Position numbers and translations under genes: made by a program. A DNA stretch of 64,000 nucleotides, from assembly GCA_963674755.2 (NCBI GenBank), contig CAXXVS010000002.1:608001-672000 (forward strand). The letters are read 5' to 3'. A model generated the notes under the pieces. The model did not search any database, had not been told where the DNA came from, and saw only the letters and a list, made by a program, of their open reading frames with translations. The first letter of the stretch is position 1. The number at the start of each line of letters is the position of its first letter. Below, in pieces: positions 10,325-21,380 of the stretch. The stretch comes from Desulfobacterales bacterium. GTDB lineage: Bacteria > Desulfobacterota > Desulfobacteria > Desulfobacterales > UBA5852.

Positions 10325-11557
10325 TTAACGATGAAGCTCAAAGATGGCGCGGCGGATCTGGCGCATCACCGGCGCCGTGGTTTTGCCGGGCTGGTTGCGG
10401 AAAAGGGCGAAACGGTAGAATTCTCCGGGGTGAACCTCGATATAGCCCGCACGTGTCCGCACGCCTTTCAGGGTACCGGTCTTGAAGTATTCCCGATCTT
10501 TGTAAGTCAGCAGGTCGTGATAGGGAAGAAAGCCGGCCAGAACCGCCGCCATGTCGCGCACGGATAGCCTGTCCAGCCGCGAGATACCCGAGCCCTCCAC
10601 GAAAAAGCCTTTTCGGACCCCGATCTCATCCACCGCATAACCCCTAAGGGCCCGGACGCCTTTTTCCAGGGTGGCCGGGGGGCCGTAGCGCTGCGCCCCC
10701 ATGGCCATGAGCAATTGATTGGCCGTAAAGTTGTTGGAATACGCCAGCAAACGCTGGACGACCTGGGGAAGGGCATCGGGCGAGCGCTGATGGAGGATCA
10801 GGTGGGCCTGCCGGGCGCTATTCGGCGCCACACGGATTTTTCCGCGTACGACGAGGCCCTCTTTTTCCAGAAAATAGCGGAACAGCCGGCCGGCATAAAG
10901 TGTCGCTTCGTCCCCCCGATGGGAGAGCACGATGCGCCCTTCCTGCAAGCCGGAACGGTGGATGCGCGCCGTTACCATGGGCAGGAGAGGCGTCTGCTCC
11001 TCGGCCGATTGAAGGCGCCCTCCGACGTGAGTGAAAAAGACGGTGTTGAAATTGACGCACAGGGCGCCGATGGGCGCGTCATAGGGGTTGGTGGTCGTGC
11101 CGACGCCCGGGATGGTCAGCGGCCCCTGGAAATAGGCGGTATCCAGGAGAATGTGGTTGATCTCATGGGGGATCAGGGCGGTCAGCCGGTGGGCGATCCC
11201 GGCGATGACCTCGGAAACCAGGAGGGGATCGCCATAGCCCTTGATGACCAGGTTGTCTTCGGCGTCCAGCAGAAAATCGGTGGGGAACCGGTAGTCTGAT
11301 CCCAGGGTGTGGAGGGCCGCCAGCGATGTCAGGATTTTCATCGTCGAGGCCGGGGCCATGGCCTGATCCGGGTTGTGGGACCACACGACCCGGCCGGCCG
11401 GATCCAATACCAGCAGGGCGTCCCGGGGACCCAGGCCGGTGATGGCGGGCACGGCACCGGCCGAGGCGGCGATCATCAGCCACAGCGCACCAACCAATGC
11501 GAGTCGTAGCGGCGCAAAGACACGCCGCGGGGATTTAGGGCTGTTTCGTTTCGTCAT
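10325..11557 (-). CDS. dacB: D-alanyl-D-alanine carboxypeptidase/endopeptidase (PBP4, S13)
   Basis: SxxK (PASTMK), SNN and KTGT motifs, GYGDP, N-terminal signal peptide. Confidence 0.88.
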   Translation of the reverse strand: MTKRNSPKSPRRVFAPLRLALVGALWLMIAASAGAVPAITGLGPRDALLVLDPAGRVVWSHNPDQAMAPASTMKILTSLAALHTLGSDYRFPTDFLLDAEDNLVIKGYGDPLLVSEVIAGIAHRLTALIPHEINHILLDTAYFQGPLTIPGVGTTTNPYDAPIGALCVNFNTVFFTHVGGRLQSAEEQTPLLPMVTARIHRSGLQEGRIVLSHRGDEATLYAGRLFRYFLEKEGLVVRGKIRVAPNSARQAHLILHQRSPDALPQVVQRLLAYSNNFTANQLLMAMGAQRYGPPATLEKGVRALRGYAVDEIGVRKGFFVEGSGISRLDRLSVRDMAAVLAGFLPYHDLLTYKDREYFKTGTLKGVRTRAGYIEVHPGEFYRFALFRNQPGKTTAPVMRQIRRAIFELHR

Positions 11558-11638
11558 AAGGGGTCATGGCGTGAAAGAAAGGTTGTCAGAGGGTCGAAAC
11601 GGCCTGTTGCATTAACGATCTTCTTGAAAGGGATCAAT

Positions 11639-12094
11639 TCATGTTCCCGCAGGATCAGGGCTTTCCACAATAAGCGTCACCGGCCCGTGATTGACCAGAC
11701 GGACATCCATCAGGCGCCGGAAGCGGCCGGTGGCGACGCTGAGGCCCAGGGCGCGGACCTGTTCTACAAACCGCTCGTAAAGCGTTTCACCTTTTTCCGG
11801 TGGGGCTGCTTGCACGAACGAGGGGCGCCGTCCCTTGCGGCAGTCGCCGTAGAGGGTGAACTGGCTGACCACCAGCATTTCACCGCCGCATTCCAGCAGC
11901 GAGCGGTTCAGCTTGCCGGCTTCGTCTTCGAAGATGCGCAGGTGGACGATCTTGGCGGCCAGCCAGTCGGCCTCCCGGGCGGTGTCCTTTTCGGCTACCC
12001 CCAACAGGACCAGCAGGCCGGGGCCGATCGATCCCACTGTTTCATCCGCCACCGTAACGCTGCAACGGGTGACGCGCTGCACCACCGCTCGCAT
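11639..12094 (-). CDS. dtd: D-aminoacyl-tRNA deacylase
   Basis: [13 protein letters not shown] and NHGPVT. Confidence 0.96.
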   Translation of the reverse strand: MRAVVQRVTRCSVTVADETVGSIGPGLLVLLGVAEKDTAREADWLAAKIVHLRIFEDEAGKLNRSLLECGGEMLVVSQFTLYGDCRKGRRPSFVQAAPPEKGETLYERFVEQVRALGLSVATGRFRRLMDVRLVNHGPVTLIVESPDPAGT

Positions 12095-12131
12095 GGCCGC
12101 TCTCCTGATTCGGTCTGCTAAAAGCCATTGC

Positions 12132-14405
12132 CTATCGCCCCAACAGATCGGCGAAAGGATTGTTGAAGGGGCGCTTCTCCGCTTTCCCCTGATTCCCGGG
12201 CGCTTTTTGGGGGGGACGCCTGGAACGCCGTTGCCCTTCTTCGGCCTTGGGCGATGACGATTTTCCCGCCCCGGGCTGCTGCTTCATGGATAACGCGATC
12301 CGGCGGCGCTCCAAATCCACCTCCAACACGGTGACGGTGACCTTCTGGTTCACTTTTACCACGTGGGAGGGGTCTTTGACAAAACGGTCGGCCATTTGGC
12401 TGATGTGAACCAGGCCGTCCTGATGGACCCCGATATCCACGAAGGCGCCGAACCGGGTGACATTGGTCACGATCCCCGGAAGGGGCATACCTGGCCTGAG
12501 ATCCTTGATATCTTCGATGCCCTCGGCAAAGGAGAAGGTCTCGAAGGGGTCGCGCGGGTCGCGGCCGGGTTTGGACAGCTCTTCCATGATATCCGCCAGC
12601 GTCGGCAGGCCTACCGCATCGGTGACATAGCGGTTGAGATCGATCCGCCGCCGCAGGGCCGCATCCTTTAGAAGATCTTCCACCGTGCAGTCCAGGTCGG
12701 CCGCCATGGCGTCCACCACGGGATAGCTTTCCGGATGCACCGCGCTGGCATCCAGAAGCTGGGAGCCGTTGGGGATTCGCAGGAACCCGGCGCATTGTTC
12801 AAAGGCTTTGGGCCCCAGCCGGGGAACGTCATGCAGTTGGGCGCGCGACAGGAAGGGACCGTTGGCGTTGCGAAAGGCGATGATGTTCTGGGCCAGGGCC
12901 GGCCCCAGGCCCGATACATAGGTCAACAGCTCCCGGCTGGCGCGATTGAGATCCACGCCGACCCCATTGACGCAGCTGACCACCGTGTCGTCAAGGCCTT
13001 TTTTAAGGGCGGACTGGTCCACATCGTGCTGATACTGGCCCACCCCGATGGACTTGGGGTCGATCTTGACCAGTTCCGCCAGGGGATCCATCAGACGACG
13101 GCCGATGGAGACCGCTCCGCGCACGGTAATGTCGTGGTCCGGGAACTCCTCCCGGGCCACTTCCGAGGCGGAGTAGATGGAAGCGCCGCTTTCATTGACC
13201 ATGACAATGGGGATTTCTGACGGCAGACCGATGCCTTTAAGAAAGTTTTCCGTCTCGCGGCTGGCGGTGCCGTTGCCCACGGCAATGGCCTCGATGCGAA
13301 AGCGTTTGACCAGATCCTGAATCGTCTGGGCGGCCTGCTGGAGGCGGGCCTCCGAACCGATCACGTACACCATGTCATGGTGCAGGAGCTGGCCCTGGCG
13401 GTCCAGGCAGACCACCTTGCCGCCCGTGCGATAGCCCGGATCGATGGCCAGGATTCGTTTGGCCCCTAAGGGGGAGGCCATCAGCAGCTCCCGCAAATTG
13501 CCGGTGAAGACCCGAATGGCTTCCATATCGGCGCGTTCCTTGAGCGCCAGGCGGGTTTCGGTCTCCATGGCCCGGGAAAGCAGCCGCTTGTAGCTGTCGT
13601 GCACGGCCTGGCGCACCTGGTCGCTGTCCTCTTCCGCGCCCTTCACAAAAAGGGCTTCCAACAGTTCCAGGGCGTCTTCCTCGGGCGGGGCCACCGTGAG
13701 GTTGAGGATATCTTCGCGCTCCCCCCGGCGCATGGCCAGGATGCGGTGGGAGGGCGCGCCGGCGGCCGGCTCTTCCCATTCAAAGTAGTCCCGGTATTTG
13801 GCGCCTTCGGCTTCCTTGCCCGTGGCCACCCGGCTGCGCAGGACGGCCCGGGTTTCGAACAGGGCCCGCATCCGTTCCCTGGCCTGTCCGTCCTCGGCCA
13901 CCCATTCGGCGATGATATCCCGGGCGCCGGCCAGGGCGTCCTCGGGGGTCGCGACCTGCTTTTCCTGGTCCACATAGCCGGCGGCTTCCTCGGCCGGCCG
14001 GATGCCTTCCTGGGCGAAGATGAGCTGCGCCAAAGGTTCCAACCCTTTTTCGCGGGCCATGGTGGCCCGGGTGCGGCGTTTGGGCCGGTAGGGCAGATAG
14101 AGATCTTCCAGTTGGCTGAGGGTCTCGGCATTGTCCACCGCGGCTTTGAGCTCGTCCGTCAAATGACCGTTGTCTTCCAGGGACTTGAGAATGGTCTCGC
14201 GCCGCTTTTGCAGTTCGGCCAGCTGCTCCAGGCGGTCGCGCACCTGGGATACGACGACCTCGTCGAGGCTGCCGGTGGCTTCCTTGCGGTAGCGGGCGAT
14301 AAAAGGGATGGTGGCCCCGTCGTCCAGCAGGCTGGCCGTGGCCCTGACCTGGGCGGTGGCAAGATGGAGTTCCTGGGCGATGGTACTGATGTGCTGTTCG
14401 TTCAT
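12132..14405 (-). CDS. tex: Tex/YhgF RNA-binding transcriptional accessory protein
   Basis: [32 protein letters not shown] and C-terminal S1 domain. Confidence 0.95.
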   Translation of the reverse strand: MNEQHISTIAQELHLATAQVRATASLLDDGATIPFIARYRKEATGSLDEVVVSQVRDRLEQLAELQKRRETILKSLEDNGHLTDELKAAVDNAETLSQLEDLYLPYRPKRRTRATMAREKGLEPLAQLIFAQEGIRPAEEAAGYVDQEKQVATPEDALAGARDIIAEWVAEDGQARERMRALFETRAVLRSRVATGKEAEGAKYRDYFEWEEPAAGAPSHRILAMRRGEREDILNLTVAPPEEDALELLEALFVKGAEEDSDQVRQAVHDSYKRLLSRAMETETRLALKERADMEAIRVFTGNLRELLMASPLGAKRILAIDPGYRTGGKVVCLDRQGQLLHHDMVYVIGSEARLQQAAQTIQDLVKRFRIEAIAVGNGTASRETENFLKGIGLPSEIPIVMVNESGASIYSASEVAREEFPDHDITVRGAVSIGRRLMDPLAELVKIDPKSIGVGQYQHDVDQSALKKGLDDTVVSCVNGVGVDLNRASRELLTYVSGLGPALAQNIIAFRNANGPFLSRAQLHDVPRLGPKAFEQCAGFLRIPNGSQLLDASAVHPESYPVVDAMAADLDCTVEDLLKDAALRRRIDLNRYVTDAVGLPTLADIMEELSKPGRDPRDPFETFSFAEGIEDIKDLRPGMPLPGIVTNVTRFGAFVDIGVHQDGLVHISQMADRFVKDPSHVVKVNQKVTVTVLEVDLERRRIALSMKQQPGAGKSSSPKAEEGQRRSRRPPQKAPGNQGKAEKRPFNNPFADLLGR

Positions 14406-14565
14406 AGGATCCTTTCTGCATGATCGTCGGCTAAGTTTCAGGGCCTACCGCAGGGTCGTGACCGACGATGGGTACATGCGATGGAACCCGTCGTATAGGC
14501 GTAGAACAAATGTCTGTCAAGGGCGAAGGCGGACCCTCACCGAGCGGTCTGCGTAGCCGGCCAGG

Positions 14566-15408
14566 CTAACGGGATGAAGCGGCTTGGGCGTTCTCCAGGA
14601 CGTCCACAAGCTTGGGCAGAAAGTGCCCGCTGGGCTCCTGGATGAAGGCTCCCCCGGGGGTGCGCAGAGCGAGTTGCGAAAAAGGGTTGGGGGCGGTGTC
14701 GATGTCGATGATGGTGCCCCCGTTTTGGAATACGGTCCCGGCCACTTGGTTGGGGAGGTTCGTGGCGCCGGAGGTGCCCACCACGAACAAAAGGCCGGTT
14801 GCGGCGGCCGTCCGCAGGCTGCTGTGGAATCGGAAGTAGGCCTCGTCGTAGACTTCGTCGAACCATAGCACATGGGGCCGCAGCCGGTCGCCGCAGCGCG
14901 GGCAGGTCAGCAGGGCCTGCTCACGGTCGCTCAGGGGGACGTCCGGGGGGCGTCCCACCAGGACGGACGGCAGGGGATGCAGCGCTGGGCTGCAGGCGGC
15001 GGCACAGCGGGTCTGGAAGACATTGCCGTGGATCTGGTAGGTGCGCTCTTCCGGGCTGCCGGCGCGCAGGTGGAGACCGTCCACGTTCTGGGTGATCAGG
15101 GTGAACCGCTCGCCCAGCAGCCGGTCCATGGCGGCCACGGCGGCGTGGCCGGGGTTGGGCGCGGCCGTCTGACATACGCTGGCCCGGTGCAGATACCACT
15201 GCCAGACCGCATCGGGCCGCCTGCGGAACATGGCGTAAGTGGCCATCTCCTGGGGATGGTAGACCTTGCTGCCCACGGTCCAGTAGCCTTCGGGCCCCCG
15301 GAAGGTGGGGATGCCGCTTTCGGCTGAAATGCCGGCCCCGGTCAGCACGGTAAGGCGCGATTTTCGTTCGAGGTGCTGCCGAAGGGTTTGAGACCAGTCG
15401 GCGTTCAT
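14566..15408 (-). CDS. cobB: NAD-dependent protein deacylase (sirtuin)
   Basis: GAGISAESGIPTFRG, TQNVDGLH, HG, zinc CxxC motifs and VGTS. Confidence 0.9.
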   Translation of the reverse strand: MNADWSQTLRQHLERKSRLTVLTGAGISAESGIPTFRGPEGYWTVGSKVYHPQEMATYAMFRRRPDAVWQWYLHRASVCQTAAPNPGHAAVAAMDRLLGERFTLITQNVDGLHLRAGSPEERTYQIHGNVFQTRCAAACSPALHPLPSVLVGRPPDVPLSDREQALLTCPRCGDRLRPHVLWFDEVYDEAYFRFHSSLRTAAATGLLFVVGTSGATNLPNQVAGTVFQNGGTIIDIDTAPNPFSQLALRTPGGAFIQEPSGHFLPKLVDVLENAQAASSR

Positions 15409-15468
15409 GGCGGTCCACCGGTTCTCATCCAGGCTTTGGATTGCCTGGATGGGGTATTAATGCTAAAG

Positions 15469-15613
15469 AGCGTCCATCCAGAGATGGCATCTTTCGGCCC
15501 CGGCCGGCGTTCTCGCTAATTGGAAATCCTCGCCGTAGCCCAGCTAGGCCTGCGGTTTCCAATTCCCTGCGGCCTTGGCCGGAACCAAAATCTACCATCT
15601 CTGGAAGGATGCT
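15469..15613. repeat. MITE/REP-like dispersed repeat, copy B
   Basis: Terminal IR AGCGTCCATCCAGAGATGG / CCATCTCTGGAAGGATGCT (17/19 complementary); shared core GCGTTCTCG...GCCGTAGCCCA...GCGGCCTTG. Confidence 0.75.
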
Positions 15614-15731
15614 GATAAAAAAGATCTTAGATTGCGGTTCCGTCTACATAGAGCATGGGCGGACAAGACGCAAGGCCCAAGCCGGTCCGGCGGTTTTCGC
15701 CCTGCCGCTGACAAGGATGCAAGAAAACACT

Positions 15732-17159
15732 ATGTCCCAGCACGATGATCGCCACGGTATCCCCCCCCGTGTTCAATCCGTCCACCTGATCGCCGTCTGC
15801 GGTACGGCCATGGGGGCCCTGGCGGCCATGCTCAAGGAAATGGGGATGAGCGTGACCGGCTCCGACCGTAATGTCTACCCCCCCATGAGCACCTTTCTGG
15901 AACAGCGAGGCATCCGGATCATGGAAGGTTTTGCCCCCGAGCACCTGGCCCACCGGCCGGACCTGGTGGTGGTAGGCAACGCCGTATCCCGCGACAATCC
16001 GGAGGTGGAGGCCATGGGGCGTCTGGGGCTGCCTTATTGCTCCATGCCCGAAGCCCTCAACCGCTTTGCCGCCGCCGGCAAAGAAACCCTGCTGGTGGCC
16101 GGGACCCATGGCAAGACCACCACGTCTTCCCTGCTGGCCTGGCTGCTCTATGCTGCCGATCTGGACCCCAGTTACATGATCGGCGGCATTCTGAACAATT
16201 TCAACGGGAATTACCGGCTAGGCCGGGGATCCCATTTCGTGGTGGAAGGGGACGAATACGACACGGCCTATTTCGACAAGGGGCCCAAGTTTCTCCATTA
16301 CCGGCCCAGGGCGGCCGTCTTGACCAGCGTGGAATTCGATCATGCCGACATCTTCAGGGATCTGGCGCATGTCAAATCCGCTTTCCGTCGTTTTCTGGAA
16401 TGCCTGGCCCCGGAAAGTCTCCTTCTGGCCTATGACAGCGATGACAATATCGAGGCCCTGCTGCCCGATGCCGGCTGCCGCATCGAGCGCTACGGCCGCT
16501 CGACAGGGGCTGATTGGCGTCTCGGTCGGATCACGGTGGCCCCGCCGGAAACGCGCTTTGAGGTCTGGCGCCGGGAAACCCTCTTCGGGGTATTCACAAC
16601 CGCCCTGATCGGTGAGCACAATCTACTGAACACGATAGCCGCCCTGGGGGTGGCCCATCACATCGGCATCCCGATGGAAGTGCTCATGAAGGGGCTGGCG
16701 GCGTTCCAAGGGGTCAAACGCCGCCAGGAGGTACGCGGCGTGCGGCGCGGCATTGTCGTGATCGACGATTTCGCCCACCACCCCACGGCCGTGCGGGAAA
16801 CCGTGCGGGCGGTCAAGGGGTTCTACGGCGACCGGCGGCTGATCGCTGTTTTCGAGCCCCGCACCAACACCAGCATGCGGGATGTGTTTCAGAGCGCCTA
16901 TGCGGCCTGTTTCGATCCGGCTGATCGGGTCTGCATTCGCCAGCCGCCGCTGCTGCAAAAAATCCCCGAGGGCCAGCGCTTTTCCTCGCGCCGATTGGTG
17001 GAGGATCTGAAGGGCAGGGGACGCGACGCCCACTATTTCCCCGATACGGATGACCTTCTCGATTTTCTAGTGCGCGAGTCCCGGGAGGGGGATGTGATTT
17101 TGATCATGAGCAACGGGGGATTCGACAATATCCACGCCCGCCTTCTGGAGGCTTTGTAA
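15732..17159 (+). CDS. mpl: UDP-MurNAc:tripeptide ligase (murein peptide ligase)
   Basis: VCGTAMG, YPPMS, GTHGKTTT, EGDEYD, DDFAHHPTA and MSNGGF. Confidence 0.93.
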   Translation: MSQHDDRHGIPPRVQSVHLIAVCGTAMGALAAMLKEMGMSVTGSDRNVYPPMSTFLEQRGIRIMEGFAPEHLAHRPDLVVVGNAVSRDNPEVEAMGRLGLPYCSMPEALNRFAAAGKETLLVAGTHGKTTTSSLLAWLLYAADLDPSYMIGGILNNFNGNYRLGRGSHFVVEGDEYDTAYFDKGPKFLHYRPRAAVLTSVEFDHADIFRDLAHVKSAFRRFLECLAPESLLLAYDSDDNIEALLPDAGCRIERYGRSTGADWRLGRITVAPPETRFEVWRRETLFGVFTTALIGEHNLLNTIAALGVAHHIGIPMEVLMKGLAAFQGVKRRQEVRGVRRGIVVIDDFAHHPTAVRETVRAVKGFYGDRRLIAVFEPRTNTSMRDVFQSAYAACFDPADRVCIRQPPLLQKIPEGQRFSSRRLVEDLKGRGRDAHYFPDTDDLLDFLVRESREGDVILIMSNGGFDNIHARLLEAL

Positions 17160-17305
17160 AAATTCCGGCCGCTTTAAAATGGAATGAAGCTCAAACGGGT
17201 GGGGGCGTATGCCGGCTGGAATCCAACAAATCGCCTGCTACCCAGAATTTTATCTTGAGAATGACAGCCGCTGCGGTTTATCGATTTCCTTGACCCCTTT
17301 TTTCG

Positions 17306-18499
17306 TCACGCCACCCCAGAAAAGCCGCTGTATTCGTCGTAGTCCTTGTTCATCTTGTTGCCGTAGATGTCTTCGCCGTTGAATTTGAAGACGATGTGGG
17401 CGGGATCGATGGTACCGTCGGCATTGTCGTTTTGCTGGATGCTGAAGGTCAGCTTGGCCGTCAGGTTTTCGCTGTCGTAGTACACGAAGTCCGGGTAAGC
17501 CTTAGGACTCACTTCGGTGTCCGAAATGCTGAAACCGAAGTTGTATTTGTCGAGCATGCTCTCCCCGTTGGCCCGGGTGATGGACCAGTTGTAGATGTGT
17601 TCCACTGATTCGCGGTCCATTTTTTTGCTGAACTGGAACTCCATGGTAAAGGTCTGGGAGGCACCAGCGTTGGACAGATAGCTGTCCAGAACAGACAACG
17701 ATGTCCGCATGGGCAGGTTTTTGGGGAAAGTGCTGGTGGAGGATGCGAACATGATCTGGGGCGGGTCCACCTTGTACATGTAGCGGCTCAGGGTATCGGC
17801 CAGGTCGGCGTCGTTTTCTTCCAGGAAGTCCACCAGTTCCTGAGCTTCGTCCATCAACCCCATGTCGCTATAATTGTAGCCCAATTCGGCGTAAGCCGCG
17901 TAAAAGGTGTCGTCCTGCTCGATGGCGGCCTTGAACTGCAATACGGCGTCATCGTAGCGTTCCATCTTGTTGTAGGTCTGCCCCAGGCCATAGTAGCCGT
18001 TGGGAGAGTCGGGTTCCATGCGGGCCGCCCGGCTGAAAGTGCTTTCCGCCTGGCTATACTGTTCAAGCGCAAGGTGGGTTTGACCCAGGGAGAAATAGTT
18101 GTTGGCCGACGGATTCAGACGCACCGCCTTTTCGTACTGCAGCAGGGCTTCCTGATGGCGCCCTTCGGCATAATACAGGTTGGCCAGCTTGACGACGGGG
18201 GCATCGCTGGTGGGATCCAGCTGCATGCTCATCTTATAGGACTCGGCCGCCTTGTCGATCCGTCCGATTTTGAGGTAGGAACTGGCCATGTAATCGGCGG
18301 ACGTTTGGGCATAGTCGGAGGTCGGGGAAAGCGTCACGCTGCGCCGAAACGCTTCGGCCGCTTCGGCATACTTGCCGTCCTGATAGAGGTTCATGCCCTG
18401 GGACAGGGCCGTATTGGCCAGCTGTTCCATCTGCTGGCTCTGTTGGGCCGCTGAGACAAACAAACGGCTGCTGTCGAAGTCGAGAGCACTTAAATCCAT
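17306..18499 (-). CDS. Tetratricopeptide-repeat protein with uncharacterised C-terminal domain
   Basis: Several TPR-like helices (YFSLGQTH, YYGLGQTY, YAELGYNY); GAGGG RBS. Confidence 0.75.
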   Translation of the reverse strand: MDLSALDFDSSRLFVSAAQQSQQMEQLANTALSQGMNLYQDGKYAEAAEAFRRSVTLSPTSDYAQTSADYMASSYLKIGRIDKAAESYKMSMQLDPTSDAPVVKLANLYYAEGRHQEALLQYEKAVRLNPSANNYFSLGQTHLALEQYSQAESTFSRAARMEPDSPNGYYGLGQTYNKMERYDDAVLQFKAAIEQDDTFYAAYAELGYNYSDMGLMDEAQELVDFLEENDADLADTLSRYMYKVDPPQIMFASSTSTFPKNLPMRTSLSVLDSYLSNAGASQTFTMEFQFSKKMDRESVEHIYNWSITRANGESMLDKYNFGFSISDTEVSPKAYPDFVYYDSENLTAKLTFSIQQNDNADGTIDPAHIVFKFNGEDIYGNKMNKDYDEYSGFSGVA

Positions 18500-18692
18500 G
18501 ACGTTCCCTCTTGAACGAAATTAAATCGGTTCTATTGTAAACTATTATCGTTCGGACAACGTCTCAGCTTTAGAGAATTTTGGTTTACCCTGTAGGATAC
18601 CGCCGGATGTCGGCCCTGCTTGACTTTCGTTTGCGGCCTGCTTTACTAAAAAGACGGGCATGACAGCGGCCAAATTTAAGGAGGAACGTTTG

Positions 18693-19337
18693 ATGAAAAA
18701 GCCTTTGTTATGGGTATTGATCGGAATAATCGGCTTGTCCCTCATGGCCTGCGCCAACGCCACCACAGGCCAGAAGGGCGCGGCCATCGGTGCCGGCGTG
18801 GGGGCTGCGGCCGGCGCCGGACTGGGCCAGGCCATCGGCCGGAATACGACCGGCACATTGATCGGAGCGGGCATCGGCGCCGCCCTGGGCGGACTGGCCG
18901 GCTGGCAGATCGGGGAATACATGGACCGCCAGGAAGCGGAACTGCAACAGGCCCTGGCCAGCTCCGAGGCCGCGTCCATCAGCCGGGAGCAGGATGTATT
19001 GACGGCCACCTTCAAGGGCGACGTCTTCTTCGACTTCGATTCGGCTGTTCTGAAACCGGGCGCCTATTCGGAAATAGACCGCACGGCCGCGGTGCTCAAC
19101 CGCTATCCCCAGACCACGATCCTGGTGGAAGGCTACACCGACAGCCGGGGGTCCGAGACCTACAACCAGCAGTTGTCCGAGCGGCGGGCCCAGGCGGTTC
19201 GCGACGCCTTGGTGAACCGCGGCGTGGATCCGCGCCGGTTGCGCGTAATCGGCTATGGCGAGTCCCGGCCCATTTCGTCCAGCGATGCCATGAACCGACG
19301 GGTGGAGCTGCGCATCGAACCCATCCGGCAGGGATAG
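18693..19337 (+). CDS. OmpA-family lipoprotein with glycine zipper (YiaD-like)
   Basis: Lipobox LMAC, Gly-zipper repeats, EGYTD, LSERRA and NRRVE; GGAGG RBS. Confidence 0.92.
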   Translation: MKKPLLWVLIGIIGLSLMACANATTGQKGAAIGAGVGAAAGAGLGQAIGRNTTGTLIGAGIGAALGGLAGWQIGEYMDRQEAELQQALASSEAASISREQDVLTATFKGDVFFDFDSAVLKPGAYSEIDRTAAVLNRYPQTTILVEGYTDSRGSETYNQQLSERRAQAVRDALVNRGVDPRRLRVIGYGESRPISSSDAMNRRVELRIEPIRQG

Positions 19338-19460
19338 GGTCCGTTCATCAGGCCGTGGACAACCAGGTAGACAACCAGCGAGTTGAAGGCGTTCCAACCA
19401 TCGGGGTTGCCGCGCCGTTTTCCACGGTTTGTTAACCGCGATCCACTCGGGAGGATACGC

Positions 19461-19670
19461 GTGAGTTCCGCAACACCCGGCGAACCCAATGTGATTTGCC
19501 ATTTTTGTGGCTGTGAGTCGCCGCATGCCTACACATGCGGCGACTGCGGCCACGAATTCTGCCTGACCTGCATCGAAACCCGGTCCCCCCATCCGGCCCA
19601 GCCCCTGTATTGCCCCGCCTGCGGCGGTGAACATATCAAACGCCTTTCAGATGCCGAGAATCCGGCCTGA
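19461..19670 (+). CDS. Small Cys-rich protein with RING-HC (C3HC4)-like zinc-finger pattern
   Basis: GGAGGA RBS before GTG; CxxC-x12-CxHxxCxxC-x13-CxxC. Confidence 0.6.
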   Translation: MSSATPGEPNVICHFCGCESPHAYTCGDCGHEFCLTCIETRSPHPAQPLYCPACGGEHIKRLSDAENPA

Positions 19671-19730
19671 TCTCCCAACCCGCCAAACAGCACAGGATGA
19701 TACACACCGATTGACTTTTGAACGGATAAG

Positions 19731-19760
19731 CGTTAACCAGATGCGAATACAAGGTTAACG
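19731..19760. promoter_or_regulatory. BirA operator (biotin box) overlapping the birA-bioY promoter
   Basis: Perfect inverted repeat CGTTAACC-N14-GGTTAACG just upstream of birA; TTGACT at 19711. Confidence 0.75.
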
Positions 19761-19769
19761 AGGTGCGGT

Positions 19770-20714
19770 GTGAAACGTCGGATTCTTGAGTTCCTGCAGG
19801 AGGCGGACAACATCCTCTCCGGAGAACAGATGAGCGCGCTTCTGGGCGTGTCGCGGGTATCGGTGTGGAAGCATGTGCGCGGTTTGCAGGCGGCCGGCTA
19901 CCCCATCGAATCCACGCCCAAGGGGTATCGTCTCGCCAATCGGCCGGATATTCTGCAGCCCTGGGAATTTCCGGGGCGGGAAGAGCGCGTGCACTGCCAT
20001 CGGGAGGCGGACTCCACCATGGTCCTGGCGCGCCAACTGGCCCGGAAGGGTTGTCCGGCCTTCACCGTGGTGACGGCCGACCGGCAGTCTCGGGGACGGG
20101 GCCGGCTCGATCGTGGCTGGCATTCCCGCCCGGGGGGGCTCTATTTCACCATCGTCCTGCGGCCGGATCTGCCGCCCCAGCTGAGTTCCCTGACCACCTT
20201 TGCGGCCGGACTGACCTGGGCCGTGCTATTAAAAGAAGACTACGGGATCGCGGTGGGGCTCAAGTGGCCCAACGACCTGCTGGCCGGCGATCGGAAATTG
20301 TCCGGCATGCTCTCCGAGATGGAGGCCCGGGGCGATCAGTTGACGTTTGTCAATATCGGCATCGGGCTGAACGTCAACAACGATCCCGGAGTCGACGAGC
20401 CGGGCGCCGTCGCCCTGTCCGAACTGGCCGGACACCCCTTGTCCCGACGGGATCTTTTGGCGAATTTCCTGGACCGCTTTGAAAACCGCATGAATGCCCC
20501 CCACGGTCTGGACCATGTCATCACCGAGTGGAAAACCCATGCCCTCACACTCAACCGCTACGTGAAAATCGTCACCGTCCGGGAAACAATGGCCGGCCTG
20601 GCCCGCGATGTGGACGAGACGGGCGCCCTGATTCTGGAACGCGCCGACGGGTCCCGGCAGCGCATCCTGCACGGGGATTGTTTTCACCAGTCCGGTGTGG
20701 ATGGCAGCGTTTGA
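19770..20714 (+). CDS. birA: Bifunctional biotin-protein ligase/repressor
   Basis: N-terminal HTH (SGEQMS...VSRVSVWKH), QSRGRGR, KWPND and KLSGML. Confidence 0.93.
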   Translation: MKRRILEFLQEADNILSGEQMSALLGVSRVSVWKHVRGLQAAGYPIESTPKGYRLANRPDILQPWEFPGREERVHCHREADSTMVLARQLARKGCPAFTVVTADRQSRGRGRLDRGWHSRPGGLYFTIVLRPDLPPQLSSLTTFAAGLTWAVLLKEDYGIAVGLKWPNDLLAGDRKLSGMLSEMEARGDQLTFVNIGIGLNVNNDPGVDEPGAVALSELAGHPLSRRDLLANFLDRFENRMNAPHGLDHVITEWKTHALTLNRYVKIVTVRETMAGLARDVDETGALILERADGSRQRILHGDCFHQSGVDGSV

Positions 20715-20762
20715 CAGGATGACGACCCTCACCCGTCATGGTCGGAAAGGATAAGAATCCAA

Positions 20763-21380
20763 ATGGTCCCGAACGATTTGAGACCCATGGTGCTGGCCTC
20801 GCTCTTTGCGGCCCTCACCGCGGTCGGCGCCCTGATCGCCCTGCCGGTCGGCCCGGTGCCCATCGTGCTGCAGAACTTCTTCGTCATGCTGATGGCGCTG
20901 CTGCTGGGACCCCGTTGGGCCCTGGCGGGCATGGGGGCCTACCTCCTGGCCGGCGCTCTGGGGCTGCCGGTGTTTGCCGGCGGCTTCAGCGGTTTGGCCC
21001 GTTTTGCCGGTCCCACGGGGGGCTACCTGGTGGGCTACCTGCCCTGTGTGGTCCTGATCGGCTGGATTTCGGCGCGGGGGCGGGGCCACCGGCTGGTTGA
21101 CGTCCTGGCCATGGTATGCGGCACCGCCGCCTTGTATTCGTGCGGCGTGGCCTGGCTGAAGGTGGTAACCGGCATGGCCTGGGGCCAGGCCGTGGCGGTG
21201 GGGGTCATCCCCTTTCTGCCCGGTGATATCGCCAAAATCATAGCGGCCGTGCTGGTGATCAACTCTCTGCGCCAGCTGACCGCCATGAACGGCAGCGCGT
21301 CGGGACCGACGCCTGCCGCGGCCTCCTTGCTGGCCGCAAAATGGCGGTCGCATGCCGGATCGTCAGGGAAGCAAAGATGA
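20763..21380 (+). CDS. bioY: Biotin ECF transporter S component
   Basis: PVPIVLQ, GLPVFAGG, GPTGGYL and PFLPGD. Confidence 0.93.
   Translation: MVPNDLRPMVLASLFAALTAVGALIALPVGPVPIVLQNFFVMLMALLLGPRWALAGMGAYLLAGALGLPVFAGGFSGLARFAGPTGGYLVGYLPCVVLIGWISARGRGHRLVDVLAMVCGTAALYSCGVAWLKVVTGMAWGQAVAVGVIPFLPGDIAKIIAAVLVINSLRQLTAMNGSASGPTPAAASLLAAKWRSHAGSSGKQR

Noticed and set aside
15441..15731. Long N-terminal extension of Mpl in the ORF track
   Set aside because: It runs through repeat copy B; Mpl-like sequence begins only near 15732
19358..19379. GACAACCAG tandem duplicate after the OmpA gene
   Set aside because: Only two short copies with no supporting context
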